A stretch of 64,000 nt of DNA, taken from the human T2T-CHM13v2.0 reference genome, Homo sapiens. Location of the stretch: assembly GCF_009914755.1 (NCBI RefSeq), contig NC_060942.1, one strand, 5' to 3'. The notes beneath the pieces are model-generated. The model had not been told where the DNA came from, did no database searches, and saw only the letters and a program-made list of their open reading frames with translations. Below are positions 49,101 through 64,000 of this stretch, piece after piece (the stretch's first letter is position 1; the number at the start of each line of letters is the position of its first letter). The translations under genes were made by a program, and so were the position numbers.

Positions 49101-51237
49101 TACAGCAAATAAGAGGCTTTGAATTCTCCAAGTGTTGTTGTATCACCAAACTGGGAAAACAGAATTGCAGGAATTTTTCAATTGCACAAAAACCAGATAG
49201 AAAAATCAGAATAAGGTGGCATGCTAACTGTAGTAAACGATGATTGAGCTGACGTTCATAACTTGCAAACCTCTAGAAATCCGCACCTTATCATTACAGT
49301 GAAAACTCAAGTTTATGGGGAAAAAGAGGGAAATATTAGGATTCTGCCTTTTCATAGAAAGGTGAAAGCATGATCAGTGCATTGATGTAATCTAATTTTC
49401 TGAAAAGGAGAGATTTGTGTGGGATTTTTATGGTGCTGGCACACGGTAGATATTTAAGAAATACTTGCTGAATGGAATCAACATTTCATTTATTATTCTT
49501 TGGCCGTACCTGATAGTAGATAATTTAGTATGTAAGGGAAATAAATCAAGCAAAGGCACTTTTGAGAGGAATAGAAAATAAAAGCTTTCTCAACCCAAAT
49601 ATTTTGGGAGTGTGGAATCGTCTCTCAAAGAAACATGCTTTTCTACCCCCAGCCTTCAGAGCCAGGCCCAAACAGTGGCATTTAAGGAATGGGCTTAAAT
49701 GGGGAGTGCTGAACTAGTTCATGTTTCCTCATTGGGATTTTTGTCAACTAAATCAGTTTGCTCATTTGCGTTAGGACGATTGCCTCAGGTTTTGAATTTT
49801 GAGGTTTCTATCCTCTTTCTTTACATTGGACTTAAAGTCAGTAGAGGCAGCTGACTTCTTAATGGTGAGCTTCTTAATGTTTCTAAGATTCCTGAGTATG
49901 CTATTCATGCAAAAACATTTTAAGCTACATCAAAATTGCCTTTTACTATCCCTGTTCTTTGATTGTTTTTATTAAAACTCCTATTATCTGTAATTTCTCT
50001 GGTTTTGTGCCTCCAGTTTCTGGATTCTTAAGTCATTGAATGTGAATGGAAGTGCATGTGAGTTGACTTATACTGAAAACCAGATTAAAATTACCTAGAA
50101 TAAAAGTTTATTAAAGTATGTAATTCCTAAAATGCTTATTGAAGACCTTAAATCTGATTGTTATTTAAATTTGTGGTTCAGCGATATTGTGTTAACCACT
50201 GATTTCAGAGTAGAAAAAATGCTTATTATTTTTAACTTTTTAAAGAAATGGGGAATGTTTTGTAACAGTACTCAAATAGCACAGAATATTTTTCAACATT
50301 AAAAACATTTGATTGAATCCTAATTTAGACAAGCCATAACTTGGGAGGATGGTAAACCATCCTCTGAAAGATTTAACTCTTTATTGGTTTGGAAGTAGTA
50401 AAGTATACCCCTAAATGCCTAGGATTAGAGAAATAATTTTATTCATTGACTCTTTATGGAAACCAAATGGTATCTAACTCTGTTCCTTCTCAGCCACCTT
50501 GAAGGTGACTATTAGTGTGGTCTTTAAGTTGCTTTTAGAAATCCTGAAGAATTCAGTCTTCGTCTATCATATTCTTCAGATTTCCTTTTTTGTTTTTGCA
50601 GTTCTGAGGCCAAAAGATGAAGTTTCTTTGCCTTGCCTGATGTGGCATCAACTTTCTAATTTTTAAACATGTTACCAGCGCATGTCTACTGATCGTGTAC
50701 TGCAGGACCTGGGTAGACAGAAACATACCCACCTCTGCCCTCCTCACCTTCCAGTCAGGGCAGCAGGGGATCCTCATATCCTCTGAGGCAAAGCAAATGG
50801 CTTCACTTTATGTGGAAATGAATTTGCCAGTGAGCTTTCGTGCTTGTTTGACAATAAGGCATCACTGATGTGAACTAATTTGGTGGCAGGTCTCCTCTGA
50901 AGGAAACCAGAAATTGTAACAGCATGGCCAAGGGGTGTTTCTAGGGACCCAGTCCCACAGGTGCCTAAGGGAAGTGTTCTCCTCCCCTTTCAGGAACTCC
51001 CTGCTGTGTGGTGAGAGGCTCTGGTGGCCTTGCATGGAAGAGCCTGTTGCCCCCCAGCTTACTCCACTGTGGCGCACTTGGTTGGGGTTCTTTGGGTAAA
51101 GCTAAATCATAGATGGTCTTTAAAGAAATCGCTTTGCAAGTGTTAGTCCTTCCTGATTGGAAGCCTTCTCCATTGAGCCTTATTGGAATTAGAAATTTGC
51201 AGTGGTTCTCAGTTTCTAGGCTTATCATAATATAAGA

Positions 51238-51820
51238 TATAAACCAAAAAGTATCTGAGACAGGTCTCAATCAATTTAGAGAGTTTATTTTGCCAGGGCT
51301 AAGGACACACCTATGACACAGCATCAGGTGGTCCTGACAACCTGTGCCCAAAGTGGTCAAGAGTACACTTTGCTTTTGTACATTTTAAGGAGACATAATA
51401 CATCAATCAATACATGTAAGATTTACACTGGTTTGATCTGGACAGGTGAGACAGCTCAAAGGGGCTGGGGCTTCCAGGTCATAGGTAGATTTAAACATAT
51501 TCTGATTAGCAGTTGGTTGAAAGAGTTATTATCTATAGAAAGCAATGTCTGGGTTACTATAAGGGGTTGTGGAGACCTAGGTTTTATCATGTAGATGAGC
51601 CTCTAAGTAGCTGGCTTCAGAGAGAAGAGACTAAACGTTTCTTACCAGACTTAAAGTGTGTGTTCATGTTCATGCTGGAGGGTAGAGTGAGGAATGTCTG
51701 ACCCCCACTGCTCATCATGGCCAGCACCAGCCTTTCAGGTTAAATTTTAGAGTGCCCTGGCCGAAGGGGAGGTCCATTCAGATGGTTGTGGGAGGACTTC
51801 AAATTTTATATTTGGTTTAA
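51238..51820 (-). mobile_element. MER4-group ERV1 LTR, intron 2
   Basis: aaaagtatctgagacaggtctcaatcaattt...ggtccattcagatggttg...tttggttt. Confidence 0.7.
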
Positions 51821-52049
51821 AAAGGAGAAACAGGGCTCAGCTGGCATCTGTACTGATTGATGTGCTTACATTCTTCATGTGGATGTGGCCAGTGTCAGCC
51901 TGGAGAAAAAAGAACGCTTTTAGATTTCAAAGGAGCAGTTGGGTAATAATGAACTTTACCATATTTGCAAACCTATCTGGTATCTCTCCTCCCTTTTCCT
52001 TTGACCACCTATTCTGTCTAGGGTTAAGAAAATAACAAAGCCAATTCTG

Positions 52050-52363
52050 GTTTGTTTTTGTTTTTGTTTTTGTTTTTTGAGATGGAGTCTTGCTCTCTGT
52101 CCCCTAGGCTGCAGTGCAGTGGCGCGATTGCAGTTAACTGCAACCTCTGCCTCGCAGGCTCAAGCAATTCTCCTGCCTCAGCCTTCTGAGTAGCTGAGAT
52201 TACAGGCATCTGCCATCATGCCTAGCTAAGTTTTATATTTTTAGTAGAGACGGGGGTTTCACCATGTTGGCCAGGCTGGTCTTGAACTCGTGGCCTCAGG
52301 TGACTTGCCCACCTCAGCTTCACAAATTGCTGGGATTACAGGCATGAGCCACTGCGCCCGGCC
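52050..52363 (-). mobile_element. Alu (S-type), intron 2
   Basis: Antisense Alu; flanking near-repeat taacaaagccaattct / taacaaggctaattct. Confidence 0.93.
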
Positions 52364-53142
52364 TAACAAGGCTAATTCTACAGCATTTTTCATAAGTGTG
52401 GGACTATTGGTCATCTTTTCAACAAAACCAGATATTAACAATCAATGTCAGTTAAAGGAGAGTTGTAGACTTAAATAGTGTCAATTGTCCTACATTTTCA
52501 TGTTGTTGATAACAGCCTACCATAGAGGTGTTACAGCTTCCACCATTTTACACAGGAGGAAACAGAGCTCAGCTCAGAGAGGTTGAGTTTTCCAAGAAGC
52601 CAAGTCATGGGGCCAAGAATAGTGCCCGGGTGCCATGAGACTCTGCCCACTACTGCCCTGCTGGCTGCAGAGCGGCTCAGATACGGCTGTCATCCAAGCC
52701 AGGGAGCCTTTGAGCCAGTGCTGCTGAGAAAATTGGGAAAAAGCCCACTGCCCGGTTCCCAGCACATCTTCACTGTTCCTCGGGCTCCCTCCATGTCTGT
52801 TTCCCTCTGAGTGTAGTAGATTGGGGACTCAGAACCTTCTAGAACAGAAGTTATGGTTTTGTAAGGGGAAGAAATATGGTCAAGTGCACATCTATAATTT
52901 AGAGTATTAAATTTCCTTGTACCCTTATGATTTATTCTAGAAGGTCAGCACATTGATTACAAAGCTAATGTTGGCTAACATTAATCCTTCAGGTATGAGG
53001 TAAGAAATAAAAAATTACTTTCATGCTTCATTTCTGCACAAAATTTCACTCTGGAAAGATATTTCATTTGAAAAAAAAATTAAAAGTTTTACTCTGTAAA
53101 GGATTTTCAGATCTTTTCTGCTATGAAAATTCTTGTTTTCTA

Positions 53143-53477
<335 letters not shown>

Positions 53478-54342
53478 TAATTGGGACTTATTGATGTTTT
53501 TGTTTGAGTGTAACTTGTTCAGAAAAGCTACTGTGGCTGACAGTAGTGGCTGTGCACGGATGTCAGTGCAGACTTGAGGAGCTTCCAGTGGCCGGACCCA
53601 GACAGAGGCATTCTCAAGAGCTGGCTCTGCTTGTCTCCACAGACTCAGTGCTGCTGGCCTGACTGTGCCTGCTAGGGTTGTAACTGTGGATCTTCTTTTC
53701 TTCCTGAAGTGGTCATCGTAAGCTGCCACATGTGCCCCACGCCTGCCCCCAGCACTCTAGGTGGTGGTTAGTGAGCTCTGAGAAATGAATTCTTTGTGGC
53801 TTGGAGGGCATTCATTTTCACAATCCTAGGATGCCCACCATTTATTGTGTGTGTGAGCGGGGAGTGGGTCATGCATGTGTATCAAGTGTGTGTTTCTTGT
53901 GTGGCATTGTTGCTCTTGGGTATGACAAATGGTTTTGTAAATCACCTACAATGTGAATTCTTAGGGATTGATTGTTTGGAAATTCTGTATTTTAAAAACT
54001 TTTCCCCCATTTTATTTTAGGAAAACATCATATATTTTGATGTTATATTAGCATTCCTGTTGCTGATTTTCTGTCTTGAGGGAAAAAGTTATTCAGGAGA
54101 GTATGTTGATCTTGGTTCATAATCCATCTCCATTAATCTAATTTAGTTGTTAAATATAAAGGTATTTTCTATGTCATAGTTTTAGTCAACCTAAATTTTT
54201 CCTACTTTCTTTAAGTGTGGTCATCAGGTCAAAGGGAAATAGGGGTTACTCTCGTTCTTTTTTCGCAGAAAAACTGCAGCATATAATCTATGTTTGCATT
54301 GGAATGTGATGGTGCTCACTTTGGGCATTATTTGGGAACTGA

Positions 54343-54528
<186 letters not shown>

Positions 54529-56591
54529 TGAACTCTCTGCTTGTGAGTCTTAATCATTATTAAAAGAAGGAGGGGAAACACATGTATTGAGCATGTTTTC
54601 ATATAGACTAAACATCATTTAGCCCATATATAGCCTTCGGGATAGGGATGTAGTCCTGTATTGTGGATGAGGCAAAGAAGAATTAAATTTATCCAGAATC
54701 AGGATTTTTCGTCTGGTATCCTGGACTGTCTCAACTACAGAGGCCAAACATGCTCATTCCACTACATCCAGCTGCTTTCATGGAATAGATATAAGACATT
54801 TCATTTCTGCGGAAAGGTCACCTGGACACTCATCTCATGCACGTCCACTGAGTGACAACCTTGAGGAGATGGCCTTCTCCACGGTGCCTGCGGATGTCCC
54901 ACGCGCCTCCGTCACCCACTGGACATCTGTCCTCGCAATTATAGATGCCCTTTAGCTCCTCATTTTGAGCAAGAGGAGCTCGAGTTCTCCTTTGGCTCGT
55001 GATGGAATCATACAGATAGGCTGTGTCCCTGTGGTTAATGTGAACCGTGGGTTCTCCGCTAAGAAACATGTTCCCAAATACACATTTAGAAGGCAGAGCA
55101 GTTGGGAGTGGGATGTGATGATATACCATTGACCACATTTTGAGTTTTCTTCCCCTCGTGCAGTAGTTTCATGTTTAGTTCCTTTGCATAACAAGCATAT
55201 GCAATATAAATTGGATTTTATCTACACATTGCATTTAAACCTGTCTGCTAGATAACATTGGAGAATGTTTGCCAGCTTTACCAAGCATGTCATTGATGAT
55301 GTATGCCTCTTTAAAATGTGTTAGGATTGGTGGCCAGGCATCTTTTTTTTTTTTTTTTTTTTCATTAAAAAAAAAAGTTGTTAGGATCAGGGTTGCAAGG
55401 TTGGATCAGACCTGAGGCGGGGCCCCTGCCCCAGCCTGCTCTGCACTGGGCATCAGTCATACCAGGCCCTCCATTGGCACATCAGTGGATACTGATGTTC
55501 CCTGATACGGAAGTCACAGAGTGCAATCCTGTGGAAATTAGAAGTGGACAGTCCTCATAGTCTAAAACTTTTAGAACTAATAGGATGAATACAAAACCAA
55601 AAGAAATGGCCTAAATCCTACCCCATTTGGTACTTGAGTTTGTGAGTCTGTGCCCACCCAGGTCTTGAGGTCTGATGCTGTCTTCCTTTTGTCATCAACT
55701 GCTGCTTTTCACCTTACTTGAGTGAGAGCATCATTTCCTGAGTGCGGGGCCCATTGCCCCAGCCCTGCGGTGGGTGCTGTCACTGTTACCCACACCTCCC
55801 TGATAAGGGGCCGGCACTCCTCACCTGGCTGCGTAACTGGCCCACGGCCACACCATTCAGGTTCCTTTTGTTGCAGTCTGTTTCAAGTAACTTTTTAGAA
55901 CGACAAGTTAGTTGCTCAAGAGATTTTAACCTCATTTTTAAAGACAGAAATCTCATTGTACCTATATGTATTTTTAAACTTAGAAATGTAGCTTAACTTT
56001 TTTCCTGGTTATAAAATTAATGATACCTTCATTATAGAAATTTGGAAAATGAAGAAAAGCACAAAAGTAAAGAAGAAATCTGTACCTCTGGCATCCTGAA
56101 AAACCAAATTGGCTTCACTGTATTTAGCTTTACGTCTTGCTTATTTTGTGAATATTCTGTCATGGAGTCCTTCCTGTGTCATTCTCTGTTCTTCTGAAGC
56201 GTGTGTTTTTTTAAATGCCTGTGTTTTTAAAATAACTTGATTCTTGAGCCATTTTGTTTGACTTGTAGGTTTTTCAGTTGATAACCATTTTGAGTGTAGA
56301 GCTTTGCCTGTATGTTGAATCATTTCCTTAGGAAGAGGTCTTGGGAATTGTTGGGTCAACAGCCAAGAGCATTGTGGTTCTTAATGCCTGTGCCCTAGTT
56401 CTTTCTAAGACACAGTGAGCCCTGCCTTGCACTGCTGCCCAGTCCTGCCTGGGAACTGGTAGAACCTCAAAGACAGTGGAAGTGAATGGACAAATGTAAA
56501 TTAGCGAAAAATACTGTATCGGTTTATATTTCTGCTGTCAGTATATGGCGATGCCCATCTTTGAAATGTGGCTTCTTTTAAAATTCCACAG

Positions 56592-56681
56592 TATGCTTCA
56601 GAAGATGCAGAGCTTCTCTTAGTTGGAAATAAGTTGGACTGTGAAACGGACAGAGAAATCACCAGGCAGCAGGGGGAAAAG
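56592..56681 (+). CDS. RAB12: RAB12 coding exon 4
   Basis: ccacag|[30 protein letters not shown]|gtgaga; contains the G4 motif NKLD. Confidence 0.97.
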
Positions 56682-57311
56682 GTGAGAGGGCGTGGGAGGC
56701 ACGGTTGCCACACACTGTGCTTAGCGCTTGAGGTACTGTTTCTTTTAATAAATTACTTATTTTAAAAATTACAAAGAAATTATCAATACAGTGATAACTC
56801 AGTCACATCCTCCTAATTTGTTTGCACTTTTTTGACTTCGTGCTCCTTTAAATTCATTCTGAAATGGAGGGAGAAAAAAACACATCAGTGTATACAACAT
56901 TATTATCTAACCTGACATTTTATACAGAGAAACATATTTTAAGCCATAAAGTTGCTTTTATAATTTACTTTAACGTACTTTAAACTTCCTTGGTTTTTGC
57001 TAAGGATTGAATCATGGAGAAACGATGCTATTCACATTTAAATGTCAGATATGTTACACTTTTAGAAACTTAGGCAACTGATTTGACTGGAAGGTCCCGG
57101 CATCACCTTCAGGATTTTTATTGTCTTTTGTTTTGCTAGTTGCTTATAATGTAAGAATTTGCTACACTTGTGAACTTTATCTTTGAGCGTCAGTGGGACT
57201 TTCTACCCCTTAATCCCAGCCCTTCCCTTGAAGCTGAGCCCAGAGACCTCATGCTCGCACGCTGGTCTGTGAGGCCCCACACAGAGGAAATAGGTGTGTG
57301 TTTCTTCTCAG

Positions 57312-57416
57312 TTTGCACAGCAGATCACTGGGATGCGGTTCTGTGAAGCAAGTGCCAAGGATAACTTCAATGTGGACGAGATATTTTTGAAACTTGTCGA
57401 TGACATTCTGAAAAAG
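57312..57416 (+). CDS. RAB12: RAB12 coding exon 5
   Basis: ttctcag|[35 protein letters not shown]|gtaaaa; contains the G5 motif SAK. Confidence 0.97.
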
Positions 57417-58024
57417 GTAAAAAAAAGAATCTACATTATAAAAGTATATCATCTGAAACCTGTTGTTTCCTTTATTGCTTTTTTATTGAGAATTTTGTAT
57501 TTAGAAACCAAAATACAGTAGTTGTGCTCAGGCGCAAGAACCAGGTATGGTTGTTAACTCAGCCACAGGCACCCGGCCTGCTGTAGCCGTTTCCCACCCA
57601 GGGGCTTCTGGTGTCCTTGGGGTTGGTATATGGCATACTTGCTTCGCCTTAAGATACAGCAGGGTAGACTTAACAGGGTGTAGCAATATGCTGTGTTTAT
57701 TTGACATTTGCTTGTTTTCCCACCCCCGTTTTTCTGTGAGAATTCAGTTGGAGACCTAGCCAAGTCTGCAGGTGTCTTAGCGGAAAAGAGAGCCCCGTGG
57801 TGCTGCGCTTGCATCCCTTCCTGTTCTGCTCCCTGGTGGGAGCCACTTCCTTACAGAGACCTTTCCATGATGCTGAGTTGCAAGAAAATTGCTAGACAGC
57901 TTCATTGAGCAGCAGCAGTTTCTTCAGGCATCTTTAGGCTTACATTCAAAAATTGTTAATAAGAACTGAAGTTTATGTTATTAAGTGAAATTTGCTCAGT
58001 TCATACATAATTCAGAAGCTTCTA

Positions 58025-58353
<329 letters not shown>

Positions 58354-58670
58354 GTTTATATAATTGCCAAGGTAGGTTATGTCTGTCTTTAGTAAGTATG
58401 CAACTCCTTGGAATGCAGACCATTTTTAAAATTTATTAATGTATTTTTATTTTGCCTGGTTCTGTGAAAATATATGTTTATGAGGTTGATCTGTTCTCTT
58501 CTACCATAGGGTATTAAGCAGGCTGGGCATTGTTCATGTTGTGATATGAAGTGTCTTGAACATGGCTTTTTTTGGCTTAATATTTTAATGTCTAATTGAT
58601 CTTTAACGATCGGAGGACTTTCAATAATAATACTTTTTTTTATATAATTGTATAATTTGGAAAGCATTTA

Positions 58671-59153
58671 CAGTTGACCCTTGAACAACAAGGGGGCTAG
58701 AGGTGCTGACCCCCTAAACAGTCAGAAATCTGAGTATAACTTGACTCCCTAAAAACTTAACGACTAAAAGCCTATCACTGACTGGAAGCCTTACTGATAA
58801 CATAAACAGTCACTTAACACATAGGTTGTATGTTATACGTATTTTATACCATGTTCTTAAAGTAAGCTAGAGAAAAGAAAATGTTATTAAGAAAATCATA
58901 AGGAAGAGAAAATATATTTACTATTCATTAGTGGAAGTGGATCATCATAAAGGTCTTCATCTGTGTCATCTTCACATTGAGTAGGCTGAGGAGGAGGAGG
59001 AGGAGGAGGGATTGGTCTTGCTGTCTCTTCCGGGTGGCAGAGGCGGAGGAGAAGGTGAGTGGGGAGGCAGGAGAGGCAGGTGAAACTTGTATTGAAAAGC
59101 AGCTGTGTATAAGTGGACCTGTGCAGTTGAAACTCATGTTCAAGGGTCAGCTG
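58671..59153. mobile_element. Tigger2a-like DNA transposon, intron 5
   Basis: TIRs cagttgacccttgaaca / tgttcaagggtcagctg with TA on both sides; homologous to 27901-28363. Confidence 0.88.
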
Positions 59154-59207
59154 TATGTGTACCTTGTAAAGTTAAAACGGATTTTTTTTTGTTTGTTTAT
59201 ACGTTAG

Positions 59208-59321
59208 ATGCCTCTGGATATTTTAAGGAATGAGTTGTCCAATAGTATCCTGTCGTTACAACCAGAGCCTGAGATACCGCCAGAACTGCCTCCACCAAGA
59301 CCACATGTCCGATGCTGTTGA
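59208..59321 (+). CDS. RAB12: RAB12 coding exon 6 (terminal; CC geranylgeranylation motif)
   Basis: acgttag|[37 protein letters not shown]; the spliced total from 30895 is 244 codons plus TGA. Confidence 0.97.
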
Positions 59322-60202
59322 TTTCCTACTTTGGAGACAAAGTGGAAATGATTCCTGGAAAGGGGAAAAAACGTTCTATTCTGCACTACAATCATTTTGA
59401 CAATTTCCTTTCGCACTTTGTAATCCAAGTCAGAGCTATACACTAACTTGTAAATATGCATATATGCAATCCTGGGTAAGTTTTGGTTATAAGTTACCTA
59501 TTTCCCTCCAAATTATTATATTTCATTCATTACCCCAGTGTCTAGTGTACATACACTGGGAAACCTAGTACTTCTAATATGAAGAATGGGAGAAATGAAA
59601 GGTATAATGTTTCTTGAAATAAATAATATAATTGTCCTTATTAATTATATTATGAGGACAGAAGATATTCTGATAAGAGAGAACGTGGTGCTTTGCTTAC
59701 CGTTTTAAAGAAAATTTGTAAAACTAAAGACTTTTTGAAAAAAAGCTATCTTAAGTGCTTTTTCTTTATTTACAAGACATTTCCCCCAGTGGTAGCATCT
59801 GAAGTATTGGAGTGTTTCTGCCACGAAGCAAAGCTCCATTCATGGCCGTCATGGAAGGTTATTTATTAATGTTACATAATGGTAGAATATTACTAGTTAG
59901 AGGGTTGGATTTGACTTGGTCCTAAGGCCACAGAATCTCTCTCATGGCTTCCTAAGGGATGTACCTTTATGCTTTTAAGAACTACAAAGATTCAATAAAG
60001 AAAGAAATGTTTTTGAAACTATAGAAAAAGATTTTAAAACACGCTGCTGTCCTAAACAAATCCTGTTTAAAGGAATTTTAAAGAGATGCATTTTACTATA
60101 TCAAAGAACATACGTGTATTTGCCTAAACACTCTGTACCTTTGTAATGATAAAACTTCCCCCTTCTTTACGGTGAAGCTTATTCTGATTAAGCCTAGACT
60201 GT

Positions 60203-60240
<38 letters not shown>

Positions 60241-60430
60241 GTCTGATGATGAATTTGTGAACTCTATCTTTGGTATATCTTTTATTAAACTGCACTGTTT
60301 TGTTTAGTCAAGGTAATTAAGTAATTATGTATTTGAATAACTTGGTGTGTCTTGAGTGTTGTGGTATGAAAAGCATTGTGGTCTTTCTACACTAATGAAG
60401 TGCAAATAAAATTTTGTATTTATGAATGAA
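59322..60430 (+). other. RAB12: RAB12 3' UTR (end approximate)
   Basis: AT-rich, TE-free sequence after the stop codon; AATAAA at 59618, 59994 and 60405; T-run at ~60206-60239. Confidence 0.75.
60405..60410 (+). terminator. RAB12: Probable distal polyadenylation signal
   Basis: AATAAA preceded by a U/GU-rich region and followed by U-rich sequence, just before the repeat-derived flank. Confidence 0.65.
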
Positions 60431-60569
60431 GTTGAGTTGCCATATTTATTTATCCAATTATAAATTGTATATATGACAGTATTCTCCATGAGCTCCACAG
60501 CTTAATCCTTTTGAGTGTTTAGACAGGAAAAGCATAGTCCTCCACTGGGGAAAAGAGTTTGATGTTTTC

Positions 60570-61060
60570 TCAAAGGGCTGAACATAGAGCTACCATATGA
60601 TCCAGCAATTTGACTTCTAGGTTTATATCTAAAAGATCGAAAGCAGAGACTCAAACAGGTACTTGTACACCAGTGCCCACGGCAGCATTGTTCACGAGAG
60701 CCGAAAGGTGGAAACCGCCCCAATGTCCATCAGCAAAATAATGGATAAACAAAATGTGTGTTCTACAAACAATGGGATATTCATCCTTAAAAAGAAAGGA
60801 AATGCTGTCACATGTGCAGCGCGGATGAATCTTGAAGACATTACGCTGAGTGAAATAAGCAGGCCCAGAAGGACTGATACTGCCTGATTCCACTTACATG
60901 AGGTATATGGAGCACCCAGATTCATAGAGATGACGTAGAATGGTGGTTCCCAGGAGGGCGGGAGAGGGGATGAAGCATTGTTTCTGGGTGCAGAGTTTCA
61001 GCTGGGGAAGATGGACGGTGGCGATGGCAGCACAGCAGTGTGCAGGGACTTCTTTAGTGC
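60570..61060 (+). mobile_element. L1MB-like 3' end fragment
   Basis: accatatgatccagcaatt...ggatgaatcttgaagacattacgctgagtgaaataagc. Confidence 0.82.
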
Positions 61061-61139
61061 CACTGAGCTGTAGCAAACTGGATTGTCGTGTCCTCCAGAA
61101 AAGATTTTTAGTTCGTGTATATGCCTTTATCAGCCACAG

Positions 61140-61760
61140 TCGATTACGACTGCTGGTGATTTACCTACCCTCACCTCCCACCCTGCCCTTCTGTGTTCTG
61201 CTCTGTGATGCTGGGGTTGGGACTCCCAACTATATTTGCCAAACCCTCTTGCTCTTCCTGTTAAAATCTGCTGATGGAGAGCTAGAAGTTGGCAGGAGGG
61301 AAGAAGGGGCTTGCTTGCCATTTTTCCGTTCCCATCAGCCTCCCTGGAGCAACAACAGACCACCAGCTCTAGCCTCCAGCTTCCTGCGGGACCCCTGGCT
61401 CCAACCTCACTGTGCCCTGTCAGAGGTACCAGTGGCATCTGGGCTTCTCAGTGTCCTGCTAGCTGGGTCATTCCAGCCCCTGCTGGACTGTACCCTCAGC
61501 AGTCCCTCTGCCCCCCAGGGTCCTGCTCCTCCGAGTCTGCACTCCCCTCCTCAGAAGCTTGGACCCAGTCTTGCAGGGGTCCTTCCTCTGAGCTCCTGAG
61601 TTGTGGCAGTGCCCTCCCCTTTTTGCCCCCAGGGCCCTAGGGTTGGTAGCTGCTTCCTTCACTTCATTGGTTTAGCATTTGAACAACCATGTAGTCCCCT
61701 GTATTAAATCCTTCTGTTTAGATATCCCGCATTGGTGTCTGTCTTCCTGACTGATAGAGG
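61140..61760. mobile_element. Old ERVL-class LTR fragment (LTR33-like)
   Basis: Diverged LTR-like motifs (tattaaatccttctg...tgtcttcctgact). Confidence 0.4.
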
Positions 61761-62021
61761 ACCTGGAACCAGGAGTGATCTCAAGAAACAGATCCTCAGA
61801 GATGAGTTCAACAAAAAAAACGGTGGTGTTTGGCATGGGCATTTGTAGCTCATTCAGCAATCTGTGGTCTATTTTATGTTTACAACTCAATCTTAGTTTC
61901 TGCATTTTCAGTCTGTCGACTGTAGTATTAACAAAAGTGCTATCCTTGTTTAGTAGGATAGTTTGGGGGTTACAGTTGGACTTTGCAAGAAGGCAGTGTG
62001 GTTTATAGCTCTTGAGTGTAA

Positions 62022-63185
<1,164 letters not shown>

Positions 63186-64000
63186 GAACTGTCTTTTTGA
63201 AGAACAGTCGCAAGTAATATTTTATACGTTTATACCTCATTGTCCTAGGTTAGTGTCTTATTTGGTTCTCACAGAGACTCTGAAGTAAATAGAGCCAGAT
63301 ATAAAAGGAATTTTCAGTCATCCATGTAGATGGAGAGGAGCATAATCTAAGAACAAATAAAAACCACCCAAGACCACAAGATCTGCAGATTTTGTTGGGG
63401 CCACAAAGTTGTATTTCTGGTCTGTGAACTGGATGCTAAACATCCTGGAGTTGAGCAGCTTTGTGGAGAATTACAGTGGATTTCTTGTAAAGCAGTGGGG
63501 AAACAACAGGTTCATTCTCTGTACACTCATCTCCAGCTGGTTCTCTTTCTATCTCCTGGGGCTTCAAAATGGAGTCACTAGTGGGCAGCTGGTTTAATTT
63601 AACTAATTGCTTAAAGTCTTTACAATGAAATGTGAGGGGTGAATATTAGTTGATGACAACAGAACAGGAGATTTACCTCGCATGTCTCCAGCTCTCAAAC
63701 AAGCTTCCTCAAATTAGGTCTTTTTCCATGAGTGACTTACATTACCAGGGAGAGGGAAAGTCCTTGTGTATAGATTACGCGTTGCCTAGAATTTGTAACT
63801 TGGCTTACAAGCTGCATAAGAGTGATGAGTGGGTCAGGACGTGATAGAAGGAACCCATTATTTCTGTTGTGACACTGTAGTAACAGTTGAAATTTGCTGT
63901 GTGGTTGCTTTGTGCAAGGCCTAGATCAATACAACGACCCTCGAGTTTCAGGTGCAAGGGATGGCGGATCCATAACTAGAACACGCGGCAGAGCAGCCTC

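Noticed and set aside
46820-51075. CTCF-like words (cccgcaggtgctagc; ccactgtggcgc)
   Set aside because: Imperfect matches that cannot be supported without ChIP data.
60940-61599. 219-aa ORF downstream of RAB12
   Set aside because: Spans L1 and LTR remnants with no protein-family features.

Overview
Primate (almost certainly human) genomic DNA containing one complete protein-coding gene, RAB12, on the + strand. It has six coding exons (30895/30607-31120, 46112-46172, 54363-54501, 56592-56681, 57312-57416, 59208-59321), all with GT-AG introns and consistent phases. They splice to a 244-aa Rab GTPase ending in a CC prenylation motif, or 340 aa if the in-frame upstream ATG at 30607 is used. The gene has a CpG-island promoter and a ~1.1-kb 3' UTR with several poly(A) signals. 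The rest of the window is a mosaic of Alu, L1, MaLR/ERV LTR, ERVL-pol and Tigger relics. Repeat family names come from recalled consensus sequences and boundaries are approximate unless a TSD/TIR is cited. Structure not explained by standard annotation: (1) a diverged ~130-bp direct repeat bracketing RAB12 exon 1, whose upstream copy carries a TATA-like box and whose downstream copy carries a consensus splice donor; (2) two short, near-identical locally templated insertions with end-joining junction signatures (4298-4335 copied to 1561-1598; 12666-12723 copied to 15357-15414); (3) a layered translation-start region with an upstream in-frame ATG, a GGC/GGA poly-Gly tract, a G-quadruplex-like tract and an out-of-frame ATG 8 nt before the canonical start. 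There is no evidence for prokaryotic-type systems, CRISPR arrays or intact RNA genes.
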